NCBI GenBank assembly: GCA_044359815.1
Contig: JBIKLL010000005.1
Location: 18,840 to 82,839, forward strand
Length of the DNA stretch: 64,000 bases
Reading direction: 5' to 3'
Source of the DNA: Pseudobdellovibrionaceae bacterium
GTDB lineage: Bacteria > Bdellovibrionota > Bdellovibrionia > Bdellovibrionales > Bdellovibrionaceae
Shown: positions 1 to 7,788 of the stretch, piece by piece
Numbering within the stretch: position 1 is the stretch's first letter
Layout: each line of letters begins with the position of its first letter
Translations under genes and position numbers: made by a program
The notes under the pieces: model-generated
What the model was told of the DNA's origin: nothing
The model's database searches: none
The model's input: only the letters and a program-made list of their open reading frames with translations

Positions 1-366
1 AACGCCATCACGGACGACATCCCTAGGGACATAGGATTCAAAACAAGGGCTGTAGCTTTGGCCCAATGTGACTTTGGCGCTCAGGAAAATTGCAAAAAAC
101 AAAGCGCTGATTGCCAACCCACAATACAAAGTTAAATCTGAAACAGGGTAGATTTTTAAAAACGCCGCATGATCAGACCAAAACGAACCAATCGTAAAAA
201 TCACGCACGCTAGCTGTAAATATCTATACACTAACGCAAAAGAAGCAGGGGACTTAATTCTGACTGACTTACCTTGACGGAATTTTCCATCGGCATGTTT
301 GTAAAAATAAGCAGAAGTAAACAAAATGGTGAGCACACTGATTGTTGCAATAATTTGATCGATCAT
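1..366 (-). CDS. ICMT/PEMT-family integral membrane methyltransferase (runs off window edge)
   Basis: Not in the ORF track. Manual translation from ATG 366 stays open to base 1: MIDQIIATISVLTILFTSAYFY...ALFFAIFLSAKVTLGQSYSPCFESYVPRDVVRDGV. Three hydrophobic segments, then the LG-x-x-(Y/W)S...lv-x-x-G motif that precedes RHPxY in this family; the RHP itself would lie outside the window. Confidence 0.7.
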   Translation of the reverse strand, partial: MIDQIIATISVLTILFTSAYFYKHADGKFRQGKSVRIKSPASFALVYRYLQLACVIFTIGSFWSDHAAFLKIYPVSDLTLYCGLAISALFFAIFLSAKVTLGQSYSPCFESYVPRDVVRDGV

Positions 367-423
367 AAATACATTCCCTGTCTGAAACTGAAGGTTAAGT
401 GTAATTGGCTGCAAAGAATATTT

Positions 424-990
424 TTAATCATTGGAAGTGTTCCCAATTATAAAAAATGGTAACTCTCCTTTGATTTTAATGATTCCTTCATTGTCAGACT
501 TAATATCCATAACATATGCATTTTCGTGGCGTTCGCGAATATCCGAAAACCACACTTTTTGAATCAGCCCTTTGTTTTTACGGATCAGCTGATCCATCTC
601 AATTTCGATTTTTGTTGGCCAAAATTTCGCTTGTTCAATCCCGTTTGGATCATATTTAAGACCAAATCTATGGCAAATATAAACATAAGCCATTTTTTGA
701 ATATGAATCAATGCTGTTACAAAAATCAAATGATCTGGACTGCGTTTCATTGCACTAACATATTCTCGATCATAAAGTGCCTCCATATAATTGCCCATGA
801 TTCGATATTCTTTTATAAACAAAGTCTCTTGCACAGGTTTTCCCGGAAGCACATTAAAAATAAGCTTAGACTCAGAAGCTTCAGGAATAATTATGGGATG
901 GGTGTCCAGTCCTGTGTTGGTCAGGATTGGTTTGAGGCTATTGGGTTTTTGATTGATCCCAGCAGAGTTTTTTGTTTCTTGTAATGACAT
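424..990 (-). CDS. Hypothetical protein, possible hotdog fold (AfsA/FabZ-like)
   Basis: Track ORF 424..1119. Start moved to ATG 990 because a GGAG RBS precedes it and it lies downstream of the sigma54 motif. SPDHLIFVTALIHIQKMAYVYICHRFG...KFWPTKIEIEM resembles the DH-helix-H-x-x-G...strand pattern of AfsA-type hotdog domains (by eye only). Confidence 0.5.
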   Translation of the reverse strand: MSLQETKNSAGINQKPNSLKPILTNTGLDTHPIIIPEASESKLIFNVLPGKPVQETLFIKEYRIMGNYMEALYDREYVSAMKRSPDHLIFVTALIHIQKMAYVYICHRFGLKYDPNGIEQAKFWPTKIEIEMDQLIRKNKGLIQKVWFSDIRERHENAYVMDIKSDNEGIIKIKGELPFFIIGNTSND

Positions 991-1102
991 TTTCGAGCTC
1001 CGATTTATAGCAATGTTAGTTTTAAAAACCTCTGTCCGTTTTAGCTTTGGCACTAAAAAAATCCAAAACAAAACAGCCGATTCAGGTTTTGAAGTCAGAT
1101 TT

Positions 1103-1118
1103 TGCAACTGAAGTGCCA
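1103..1118 (-). promoter_or_regulatory. sigma54 (-24/-12) promoter motif
   Basis: Minus strand reads TGGCAC-TTCAG-TTGCA, an exact match to TGGCAC-N5-TTGCW, about 110 nt upstream of ATG 990. Confidence 0.75.
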
Positions 1119-1505
1119 ATTTACCTATAGTATTTTCAGGTAGTTCTGCCTCAGGAAAGGGCTTTAGACAAAAAAGGACAGTCCGGTGATCAAGACATTT
1201 TCACTGTCTGGGGTGTGATCCCAATTTCGAATCTTTGCATATTGAAAGGGTCTTTTTTTGATGGCCATTAATGGCCAAGATTCATTGTTAAAAGCCCAGA
1301 AACGTTCAGATTTTGTTAATTTCAAATTGAGACAGCTATCTATAAAATAACTAGAAGCTTCAAAAGTATGACAACTGTCTAATGTTTTTGGATGCAATGA
1401 ATTTTGAGATGAGCTCATCGAGGCCTTGCTATTGCAAAAGAATAAACCGTGTCCATCGACCATCAGGTTTCTGGAACACTGGGTTTCAAATTGGGGAAAG
1501 TCTGA

Positions 1506-2813
1506 ATGAATCTGTTTTTTGCCAAAAAAGCTAGGCACAAGATCAAAAGCTTGTATGCGAGCTGGCAGGATTCAAATATCTCGGCTCATACAAAATATCT
1601 GACCCTTATTCATATTTGTGTAATGGCACTCATGGTCCCTTTTGATTTTATTTTGTTTGGTCTAAATGCTCCGTACCCAAAGTTCAGAATTCTATCGATT
1701 GCTTTCTTTGCGTTAAATCTATTGGCACTACAGTACGTATCAAGAATGCGAAAACCAACAGCTGATCGAAAGGCTTCGGCGTTATTACTGTTTCCAAATC
1801 TTTATTGGAATATTTTGTACCATTATTTTATGTGCACAGCTTCCCCAGAAAACATTCAAATAGTATTGATAGGTAATCTTCTGGTTTCATTTTTTACTAC
1901 CTTTTTAACGTTAAGGTTCTGGCGAGAGCAGTACCTGCTGAATCTAGTTAGCATTTTATCACTTTCCGTGTTTGCTATTGGTTATCCTAGTGTGGGAAGA
2001 GAGCTTGCCCTGATAATAATTTGTCATTTGTTGTCGTTTATGTTGGCTTTCATTTTACGTAGAGAGTTTGCAGGAGCAATGTACGAAAGATATTATCACA
2101 TGATGACCTTTATACCTAAACAGGTAGCTCATTCGATTCTAACTTCTTCGGGTACATTGAAAATTTCTGAAGTGTTTAAGACAGAAAATCGTTTCACAGT
2201 TTGTTTGGTATCAGACCTAAGAAATTATCAGGAGCTGTGTAAACGCGAGACCCCCGAATACGTCAGTCGATTGTTGGAAAAATTTTATGATATTATTTTT
2301 GAATGTCTGGATCAGGTGGTTCCCGAGGGAAATTATTTTGCCAATTGGACTGCTGATGAATTGTTTGTGGTATTTTATAGTGAAGACAATGATGAGGAAA
2401 AGGTCATGAACGAAGCCCTCAGTTTTTCAAAATTGTTGGCGACCACCCTGCACCAAAGAGCTCTGCGTGAATTGGAAAGTCCCCTGATGTGGGATATTGG
2501 TTTGGCCTCGGGTGTTGGATTGTTAGGTGTTCAAGGGCCCGAAAGACTTAAAAAAACTACGATCACAGGTGAATCACCAGGATTGGCAAAGCGCTTAGAA
2601 TCCGAAGCCAAACGACAGCGATTGCCTGAAAGCTCTATCCATGAACTGCCGATTTTAGTAATGGATCGAAGGCTCAAGGATTTTGGAATCCGCTATAGAC
2701 ATTTTGAATCTGACAGTCTGCAAGAATTTGTTGCAACCGAAAAAAATATCTCTGGTGAAAAGTATTTTAGGCTAAAGTCGTCGATCCCACTTTTTATTGC
2801 CAAAAGCAGCTAG
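1506..2813 (+). CDS. Multi-TM class III adenylate/guanylate cyclase-like protein
   Basis: About 6 N-terminal hydrophobic helices; cyclase motifs VSDLRNY, TADE, IGLASG and GESPGLAKRLE. Confidence 0.85.
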   Translation: MNLFFAKKARHKIKSLYASWQDSNISAHTKYLTLIHICVMALMVPFDFILFGLNAPYPKFRILSIAFFALNLLALQYVSRMRKPTADRKASALLLFPNLYWNILYHYFMCTASPENIQIVLIGNLLVSFFTTFLTLRFWREQYLLNLVSILSLSVFAIGYPSVGRELALIIICHLLSFMLAFILRREFAGAMYERYYHMMTFIPKQVAHSILTSSGTLKISEVFKTENRFTVCLVSDLRNYQELCKRETPEYVSRLLEKFYDIIFECLDQVVPEGNYFANWTADELFVVFYSEDNDEEKVMNEALSFSKLLATTLHQRALRELESPLMWDIGLASGVGLLGVQGPERLKKTTITGESPGLAKRLESEAKRQRLPESSIHELPILVMDRRLKDFGIRYRHFESDSLQEFVATEKNISGEKYFRLKSSIPLFIAKSS

Positions 2814-2834
2814 TCCCATCTATCGTTAGAATCT

Positions 2835-3887
2835 ATGTACAAATATTTAATTATGTTTTTGCTACTGGCGGGATGTTGCTCGGCCAATGTAAAGGGCTCT
2901 ATGTCAGATCATTTTGATGGGAAAAAGTTTTTTAATCCAGGGAACGAAAGCCGCAAAAGTTTTTATGATTTTTTAAAATGGCGGTTCACCAGTGATTCAA
3001 TTGCGTGGCCTGACTGGGTTGATGATGTGAAACAAACTGTACCGAAAACAAAAATCACATCGGATGTTGAAATCACATTTATCAATCATGCAACAGCATT
3101 GATTCAAACAGAATCCGCAAATATTTTGACTGACCCGCAGTTTTCGGATCGTACCAGTCCCGTCAGTTTTGCTGGCCCCAAGCGGGTCCGGGTGCCTGGA
3201 GTGGATATTAAAAATTTGCCCCGCATTGATGTGGTGTTGATCAGTCATAATCACTATGATCATTTGGACATTGGATCGCTTAAACTGTTGGATCAAATGT
3301 TTTCTCCTGTTTTTTTAGTGCCATTAGGGGATAAAAAATTATTGGAATCTGAGGGGATTAAAAAAGTCGTCGCTATGGATTGGGGAGAACGCTTTGAGTT
3401 TCCGGCAACTGAAGGCGCAAAGACCGATGATGCCAAGAAAACAGAACAGTTGCAGATATTTTTTGAACCCAGCTTTCATTGGTCGGGCCGTGGGATGTTT
3501 GACCGCAATATGTCGTTGTGGGGCAGTTTTGTGATCAAACACAAAGGCAAAAACATTTATTTTGCTGGCGACACTGGGTATTCAGAACACTTTAAACAGA
3601 TTTTTCAAAAGCATGGTGTGATGAAAGTTTCGTTGTTACCCATCGGTGCCTATGAGCCCCGATGGTTTATGAAAGGCAGTCATGTTAATCCAGAAGAGGC
3701 CGTGAAAGCCCATCAGGATTTGCAGTCAGAAAATTCAATTGGGATACATTTTGGAACTTGGAAACTGACCGATGAGGGCATTGACGATCCGATCACCCAT
3801 TTGCAGCAAGCACTGACCGCCGAAAGCATTGCCCCCAATAAATTTGTCGCCCCCAAAAACGGACAGGTCTTTAGTTTTTCTTGGTAG
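2835..3887 (+). CDS. MBL-fold metallo-hydrolase (NAPE-PLD/RomA-like), probable lipoprotein
   Basis: HNHYDHLD, HWSGR, FAGDTGY, PIGAYEPRWF and IHFGT motifs; LAGC lipobox. Confidence 0.9.
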   Translation: MYKYLIMFLLLAGCCSANVKGSMSDHFDGKKFFNPGNESRKSFYDFLKWRFTSDSIAWPDWVDDVKQTVPKTKITSDVEITFINHATALIQTESANILTDPQFSDRTSPVSFAGPKRVRVPGVDIKNLPRIDVVLISHNHYDHLDIGSLKLLDQMFSPVFLVPLGDKKLLESEGIKKVVAMDWGERFEFPATEGAKTDDAKKTEQLQIFFEPSFHWSGRGMFDRNMSLWGSFVIKHKGKNIYFAGDTGYSEHFKQIFQKHGVMKVSLLPIGAYEPRWFMKGSHVNPEEAVKAHQDLQSENSIGIHFGTWKLTDEGIDDPITHLQQALTAESIAPNKFVAPKNGQVFSFSW

Positions 3888-3978
3888 CTTTAGTCGTTCA
3901 GGATTAGCACTAGTTTTGATTATTTATATTTGAGACCACCGGGTGGAACTATAAGTGGCGCAAAATTATTGCTTTTTA

Positions 3979-4003
3979 TTATATAGTGTGTAACACTATA
4001 TAA
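3979..4003. promoter_or_regulatory. Perfect 11-bp inverted repeat, probable toxin-antitoxin operator
   Basis: TTATATAGTGT-gta-ACACTATATAA ends 3 nt before the toxin ATG, with TTGCTT (-35-like) just upstream. Confidence 0.65.
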
Positions 4004-4006
4004 AGA

Positions 4007-4345
4007 ATGGCCCGTTTTGAGTTTGTCGCATGGTTGGTAAAATGGATTTTAGAGCAAGAGAGCTTTGATTTCGATTGGGATCAGGGCAATTCCGCCAAAA
4101 ACATGCAGAAGCACAAGATTAGCTCAATCAGTGCAGAGCAGGCGTTTTTGAACAGGGACTTTTTGGTTCCTTTGGGTATTCAAGTTGCTCCTGTTACCAA
4201 CGAACCTCGCTTTGGAGCGTAAGGAACAGATTTCTCAGGCAGATTGATCTCGCTATGCTTTACGATACGTGAAGGTCGTATTCGAATCATTTCTGCGCGA
4301 CCAATGAGTAGAGCTGAAAGGAAAAACTATGAGTCGATTCGTTAA
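4007..4345 (+). pseudogene. brnT: BrnT-family toxin interrupted by an in-frame TAA (4220-4222)
   Basis: FDWDQGNSAKNMQKHKI...EPRFGA* then continues in the same frame as GTDFSGRLISLCFTIREGRIRIISARPMSRAERKNYESIR*, the typical BrnT RIISAR...ER..Y C-terminus. Confidence 0.85.
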
Positions 4346-4583
4346 AAACGAAAAAGGTTATGAAAAATCATTTGAGGCTGATTGGAAAGCCGTAAAAAAA
4401 GGCCTTAAGAAGGTTCGGGCTGAGGTAGGTGAGCCTAAGAAAGTTCCCACATCGATTGCCCTTGATCCTCGTTTTGTATCGGAATTAAAGAAGGAAGCTC
4501 GATCTCGTGGTATTCCATATCAGATACTTATGAGAATGTTTATTGTTGAGGGCTTTCAGCGATTGAAAAAGCAAACTGCCTAA
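4329..4583 (+). CDS. BrnA/CopG-type antitoxin
   Basis: TSIALD...LKKEARSRGIPYQILMR ribbon-helix-helix motif; overlaps the end of the toxin frame. Confidence 0.8.
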   Translation: MSRFVKNEKGYEKSFEADWKAVKKGLKKVRAEVGEPKKVPTSIALDPRFVSELKKEARSRGIPYQILMRMFIVEGFQRLKKQTA

Positions 4584-4626
4584 GAGTAGTTTAAAGGATT
4601 TTCATTAGTGCCTATTCGGTTCAGCG

Positions 4627-5337
4627 CTAAGGCTCAATCCCCAAATAATGAAATGTAAATGTTGGTTTGATACCTGCCAGACGGGGAGCTCTGGGTATAA
4701 TCACCAGATCATCACCAGCTTGCACATCCATCGTGGTTGAAACTGCTGCTGTTTCCTTTTCGTTGTTTTGATCACAGCCTTGTGTTGAGCCAGATATTTT
4801 TTTATAGGAAAAGGCATAGCGTTTTTGCCCGTTGACGCCTTGATAGCAATAATGATGTCGTTCGGTGCTGTCGGATTTTTCGATGATAAAATCAACCCAT
4901 CCGCCGTTTTCGTTATTGGTCAGCAACAAAACATCAATCACCGAAGGTATGGTCAACACACCTGTGTGGGTGATATCGATACGGTTGTCTGACCAAGTAA
5001 TGCCTCGATCCACAACAATTGTCAGGCTGGCCAGGACAACATTTTTACCGTCTTTGCCATCCACACCGTTAGTGCCATTGATTCCATTTGTGCCGTCCAC
5101 ACCATTTGTGCCATTGATTCCGTTTGTTCCGTCGACACCGTTAGTACCATTGATGCCGTCTTTGCCATCCACACCGTTAGTGCCATTGATTCCATTTGTG
5201 CCGTCTTTACCTGCGGTTACTGATTCGACTGTGCTATCGGGTGGGACGGTTTCCGAGGAGGCGGATTCTGATTTTTTATCACAGGCTGCCAACAGACCCA
5301 TCAGACTAAAAATTATAAACAGTTTTTTTGTATCCAT
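4627..5337 (-). CDS. Collagen-like lipoprotein
   Basis: Start MDTKK with GGGGA RBS; LLAAC lipobox; 19 consecutive Gly-X-Y triplets. Confidence 0.8.
   Translation of the reverse strand: MDTKKLFIIFSLMGLLAACDKKSESASSETVPPDSTVESVTAGKDGTNGINGTNGVDGKDGINGTNGVDGTNGINGTNGVDGTNGINGTNGVDGKDGKNVVLASLTIVVDRGITWSDNRIDITHTGVLTIPSVIDVLLLTNNENGGWVDFIIEKSDSTERHHYCYQGVNGQKRYAFSYKKISGSTQGCDQNNEKETAAVSTTMDVQAGDDLVIIPRAPRLAGIKPTFTFHYLGIEP
5041..5211 (-). repeat. Coding tandem repeat (about 36-bp unit, GINGTNGVDGxx, about 4 copies)
   Basis: Visible in both DNA (GTGCCATTGATTCC recurs) and protein. Confidence 0.85.
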
Positions 5338-5525
5338 CAGGTCCCCCAATAAATGGCACTTAAGCATACCTAAGAAACCAAAGGCAGTTCATTCGCTGCC
5401 CATTGGACAACAGAATGCCTGCAATCTGGTTAAAAGATCGCCATTTTCCCCTTAATTACAGTCTACTGTGTTTAATTGGTTTCCCAAACAGCTATAGAGG
5501 ATTTGATTCATATTGAGACTTTAAT

Positions 5526-6227
5526 GTGATCTTTCTGATTCAGGTCACAGTTATCGGCGGTGGCGGTGGTGCCAGCTCACGAGATTATTCCAGTTGGTCA
5601 GGGGCACATGGAGCCGGTGGCGGAGCTGCGATTAAAAATTCAAGTGTAGCGTCTGGAACAAAATTTGTTTTTACAGTGGGTAAGGGTGGCATTGGCAGAC
5701 TGGTCGGCGACGGAGCAGCATTGCAATGGGGTAAGGACGGGACCGCCGGAACTGACAGTGTTTTTGAATTTGATGGGATTAAATTAGTTGGACAGGGTGG
5801 TGGCATTGCTGCTTTTAAATCATCTGGTGGTAAGGGTGGAAAAGCATTAATCAACAATGCTATCGGTGGTTCGGGTGTGGGTGGTGATGTAAATTGCAAA
5901 GGCGGCGACGGAGGTTTTTGCAGTAATGGGTATTTTTATTGTGCTGCTCAGAGTGCGCCCGTGTGTGATGGTAAACAAAGCGGTCAAAGCAGAATGCTGT
6001 CAACATTTTCAGCCTATGGATCAAAGGGCGGTGGTGGCGGTGGCGGTGGAGCCAGCCAGTATGGTGGTAACGGAGTTTCTGTACCGAGTGATCGTCAAGG
6101 TTGCGGCGGTGGCGGTGGTGATTTCATGGACGGCAAGCTGGTCAGAAAACTGCAACTTAATCATCCAGATTACACAAACGATTATTCTAACCGCGGTTCC
6201 CACGGCTGCGTTATCGTGACCTGGTAA
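5526..6227 (+). CDS. Glycine-rich domain protein, probably 5'-truncated
   Basis: Begins abruptly at VTVIGGGGG and ends with G-x-x-G-x-VIVTW, typical of Gly-rich adhesin/tail-fibre modules. In-frame TGA at 5514; no RBS or signal peptide. Confidence 0.6.
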   Translation: MIFLIQVTVIGGGGGASSRDYSSWSGAHGAGGGAAIKNSSVASGTKFVFTVGKGGIGRLVGDGAALQWGKDGTAGTDSVFEFDGIKLVGQGGGIAAFKSSGGKGGKALINNAIGGSGVGGDVNCKGGDGGFCSNGYFYCAAQSAPVCDGKQSGQSRMLSTFSAYGSKGGGGGGGGASQYGGNGVSVPSDRQGCGGGGGDFMDGKLVRKLQLNHPDYTNDYSNRGSHGCVIVTW

Positions 6228-6229
6228 CT

Positions 6230-6395
6230 AAAAGAGACCGTACGACTTTTTCTGTCTACAGCGCGAAAACCAATGACTGAACCTAAATGGACAGACATCC
6301 TGATCTTGTATTTTGCATTGTAGTCAAAAAAAAGGACGGTTATTTTTCCGGTCACTTATCGCAGTGTAGACAGAAAAAGTCGTACGGTCTCTTTT
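6230..6395. mobile_element. Non-autonomous fold-back element, 30-bp TIR family, copy 1 (166 bp)
   Basis: AAAAGAGACCGTACGACTTTTTCTGTCTAC at 6230; exact reverse complement ends at 6395. Confidence 0.8.
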
Positions 6396-6413
6396 GGATT
6401 TCACGGAGGATTT

Positions 6414-7661
6414 ATGAGGGGATTTGTTTTTTTAGCGGTTATTTGGATTTCAGTAATTGCTCAAGCCCAACCCGCCAGAATCAAATTGTCAGATCGGGTT
6501 AATGTCAGAGGCGAAAGCGCGACGCCAGGCTCTGTTGAAAAATCAGCTGTCGGAAATAATAAATCAGCGCCATTACAGATTCTGGGTCAGTTACCACCTG
6601 GTACAGAAATCGAGGTCGATCCCAACGAATATCAAAATGCCGAAAAGCGAGAATACATCGACAGCAATGGGGCAAAGCAAATTTCTAAAAACGGATTTGT
6701 GCGCAGGTTTAGGGTCATCAGCATTCCTGGCCAAGACAAAGATCCCAAGCTTAGGGATTTGCAATGGATGCTTAACGAATACCGAGATGACGTTTATATT
6801 TCAAAAAATTATTTGAATATGCTTGAAGGCCCTGGCGTAAAACCAAACCCATCGGGTGGTCAATCAACGGGTGTCAGTGGTGGAATCACCCCAGATTCAG
6901 TTGCCGAGGTCACGGGTACCGAAGCTCAGTCAGTTTATGGATTGCCAGGCTACAAACCGATTTCGCCAGAGGCAGAATATCAGGAAGATTTGGCCAGACA
7001 ACGATCCAAAGAAGCTGCTGATAAATTAGATCGTGTTAGGGATCCCCGTAAGGATTGCGAAATCACCAGCGACGAAGCTGGATTTTTTGAAAGCCCCGAG
7101 GCTTTATCAAAAGTTTTGAATTTTGAAACCGACGATGCTTCAGGCAACCAAAGTAAAATACCAAAAATAGCTCTTAAAAAAGCTCTGGGGTATTTTGCTA
7201 AAAACGGTAATCAGTTTCCCAACAAAGATTACATCACAATTATCGATTACACTCAGGGGCGGTCACAGGACAGAATGTTTTTAATTCATAAATCTGGCCG
7301 TGTCGAAAGATTCAGGGTCGCTCATGGTAAAAACACTGGCGACGGCAGAGCTTTGGATTTTTCAAACCAACCTGAGTCCAAAAAAACTCCTGCAGGATTT
7401 TTTAAAACTGGTGAAAACATTGGTACCTGTGGCAGCGGGCGCAGTCCCAAAAAAGGTTGCATGTGGCTTGATGGTTTAGAATCCAGAAATGATAATTCAC
7501 GCCGACGGGAAGTTATCTTTCACGGTGCATGGTATGTGAATGATCAACGGGTGGGACGCAGTTGGGGCTGTCCAGCCGTCAGCAACCAGCAGGCCGAATA
7601 CATCAACGGCAAAACCCGCAACGGCAGTCTGTGGTACCATTTTACCGCCGCTGATTTGTGA
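6414..7661 (+). CDS. Secreted murein L,D-transpeptidase (YkuD_2-type)
   Basis: Signal peptide; IIDY, VAHGKN, FSN, LDGLE and FHGA...GRSWGCPAV catalytic motifs. Confidence 0.9.
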   Translation: MRGFVFLAVIWISVIAQAQPARIKLSDRVNVRGESATPGSVEKSAVGNNKSAPLQILGQLPPGTEIEVDPNEYQNAEKREYIDSNGAKQISKNGFVRRFRVISIPGQDKDPKLRDLQWMLNEYRDDVYISKNYLNMLEGPGVKPNPSGGQSTGVSGGITPDSVAEVTGTEAQSVYGLPGYKPISPEAEYQEDLARQRSKEAADKLDRVRDPRKDCEITSDEAGFFESPEALSKVLNFETDDASGNQSKIPKIALKKALGYFAKNGNQFPNKDYITIIDYTQGRSQDRMFLIHKSGRVERFRVAHGKNTGDGRALDFSNQPESKKTPAGFFKTGENIGTCGSGRSPKKGCMWLDGLESRNDNSRRREVIFHGAWYVNDQRVGRSWGCPAVSNQQAEYINGKTRNGSLWYHFTAADL

Positions 7662-7671
7662 AAAGAGACTG

Positions 7672-7788
7672 AAAAGAGACCGTACGACTTTTTCTGTCTA
7701 CGCCGCAAAAAAACAAATAGAAACTTATCGCAATCAACTGTATTCCATTTTCTGCGGTGTAGACAGAAAAAGTCGTACGGTCTCTTTT
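7672..7788. mobile_element. 30-bp TIR family, copy 2 (117 bp)
   Basis: Same exact TIR pair, preceded by an 11-bp tandem duplication of TGAAAAGAGAC (7659-7680). Confidence 0.8.

Noticed and set aside
991..1119. N-terminal extension of the 424..1119 ORF
   Set aside because: It overlaps the sigma54 motif itself; the RBS supports ATG 990.
1164..1538. 124-aa minus-strand ORF
   Set aside because: Lies in the divergent promoter region, overlaps the cyclase start and has no recognisable features.
1506..2813. Pycsar-type defence cyclase
   Set aside because: It has a multi-TM sensor architecture and no adjacent cNMP-binding effector; the neighbour is an exported MBL hydrolase.
4865..5455. 196-aa Pro-rich ORF and other antisense ORFs (e.g. 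526-984, 9109-9549, 11410-11979, 26325-26798, 43815-44261)
   Set aside because: Shadow frames opposite well-supported genes, often caused by low-complexity coding.
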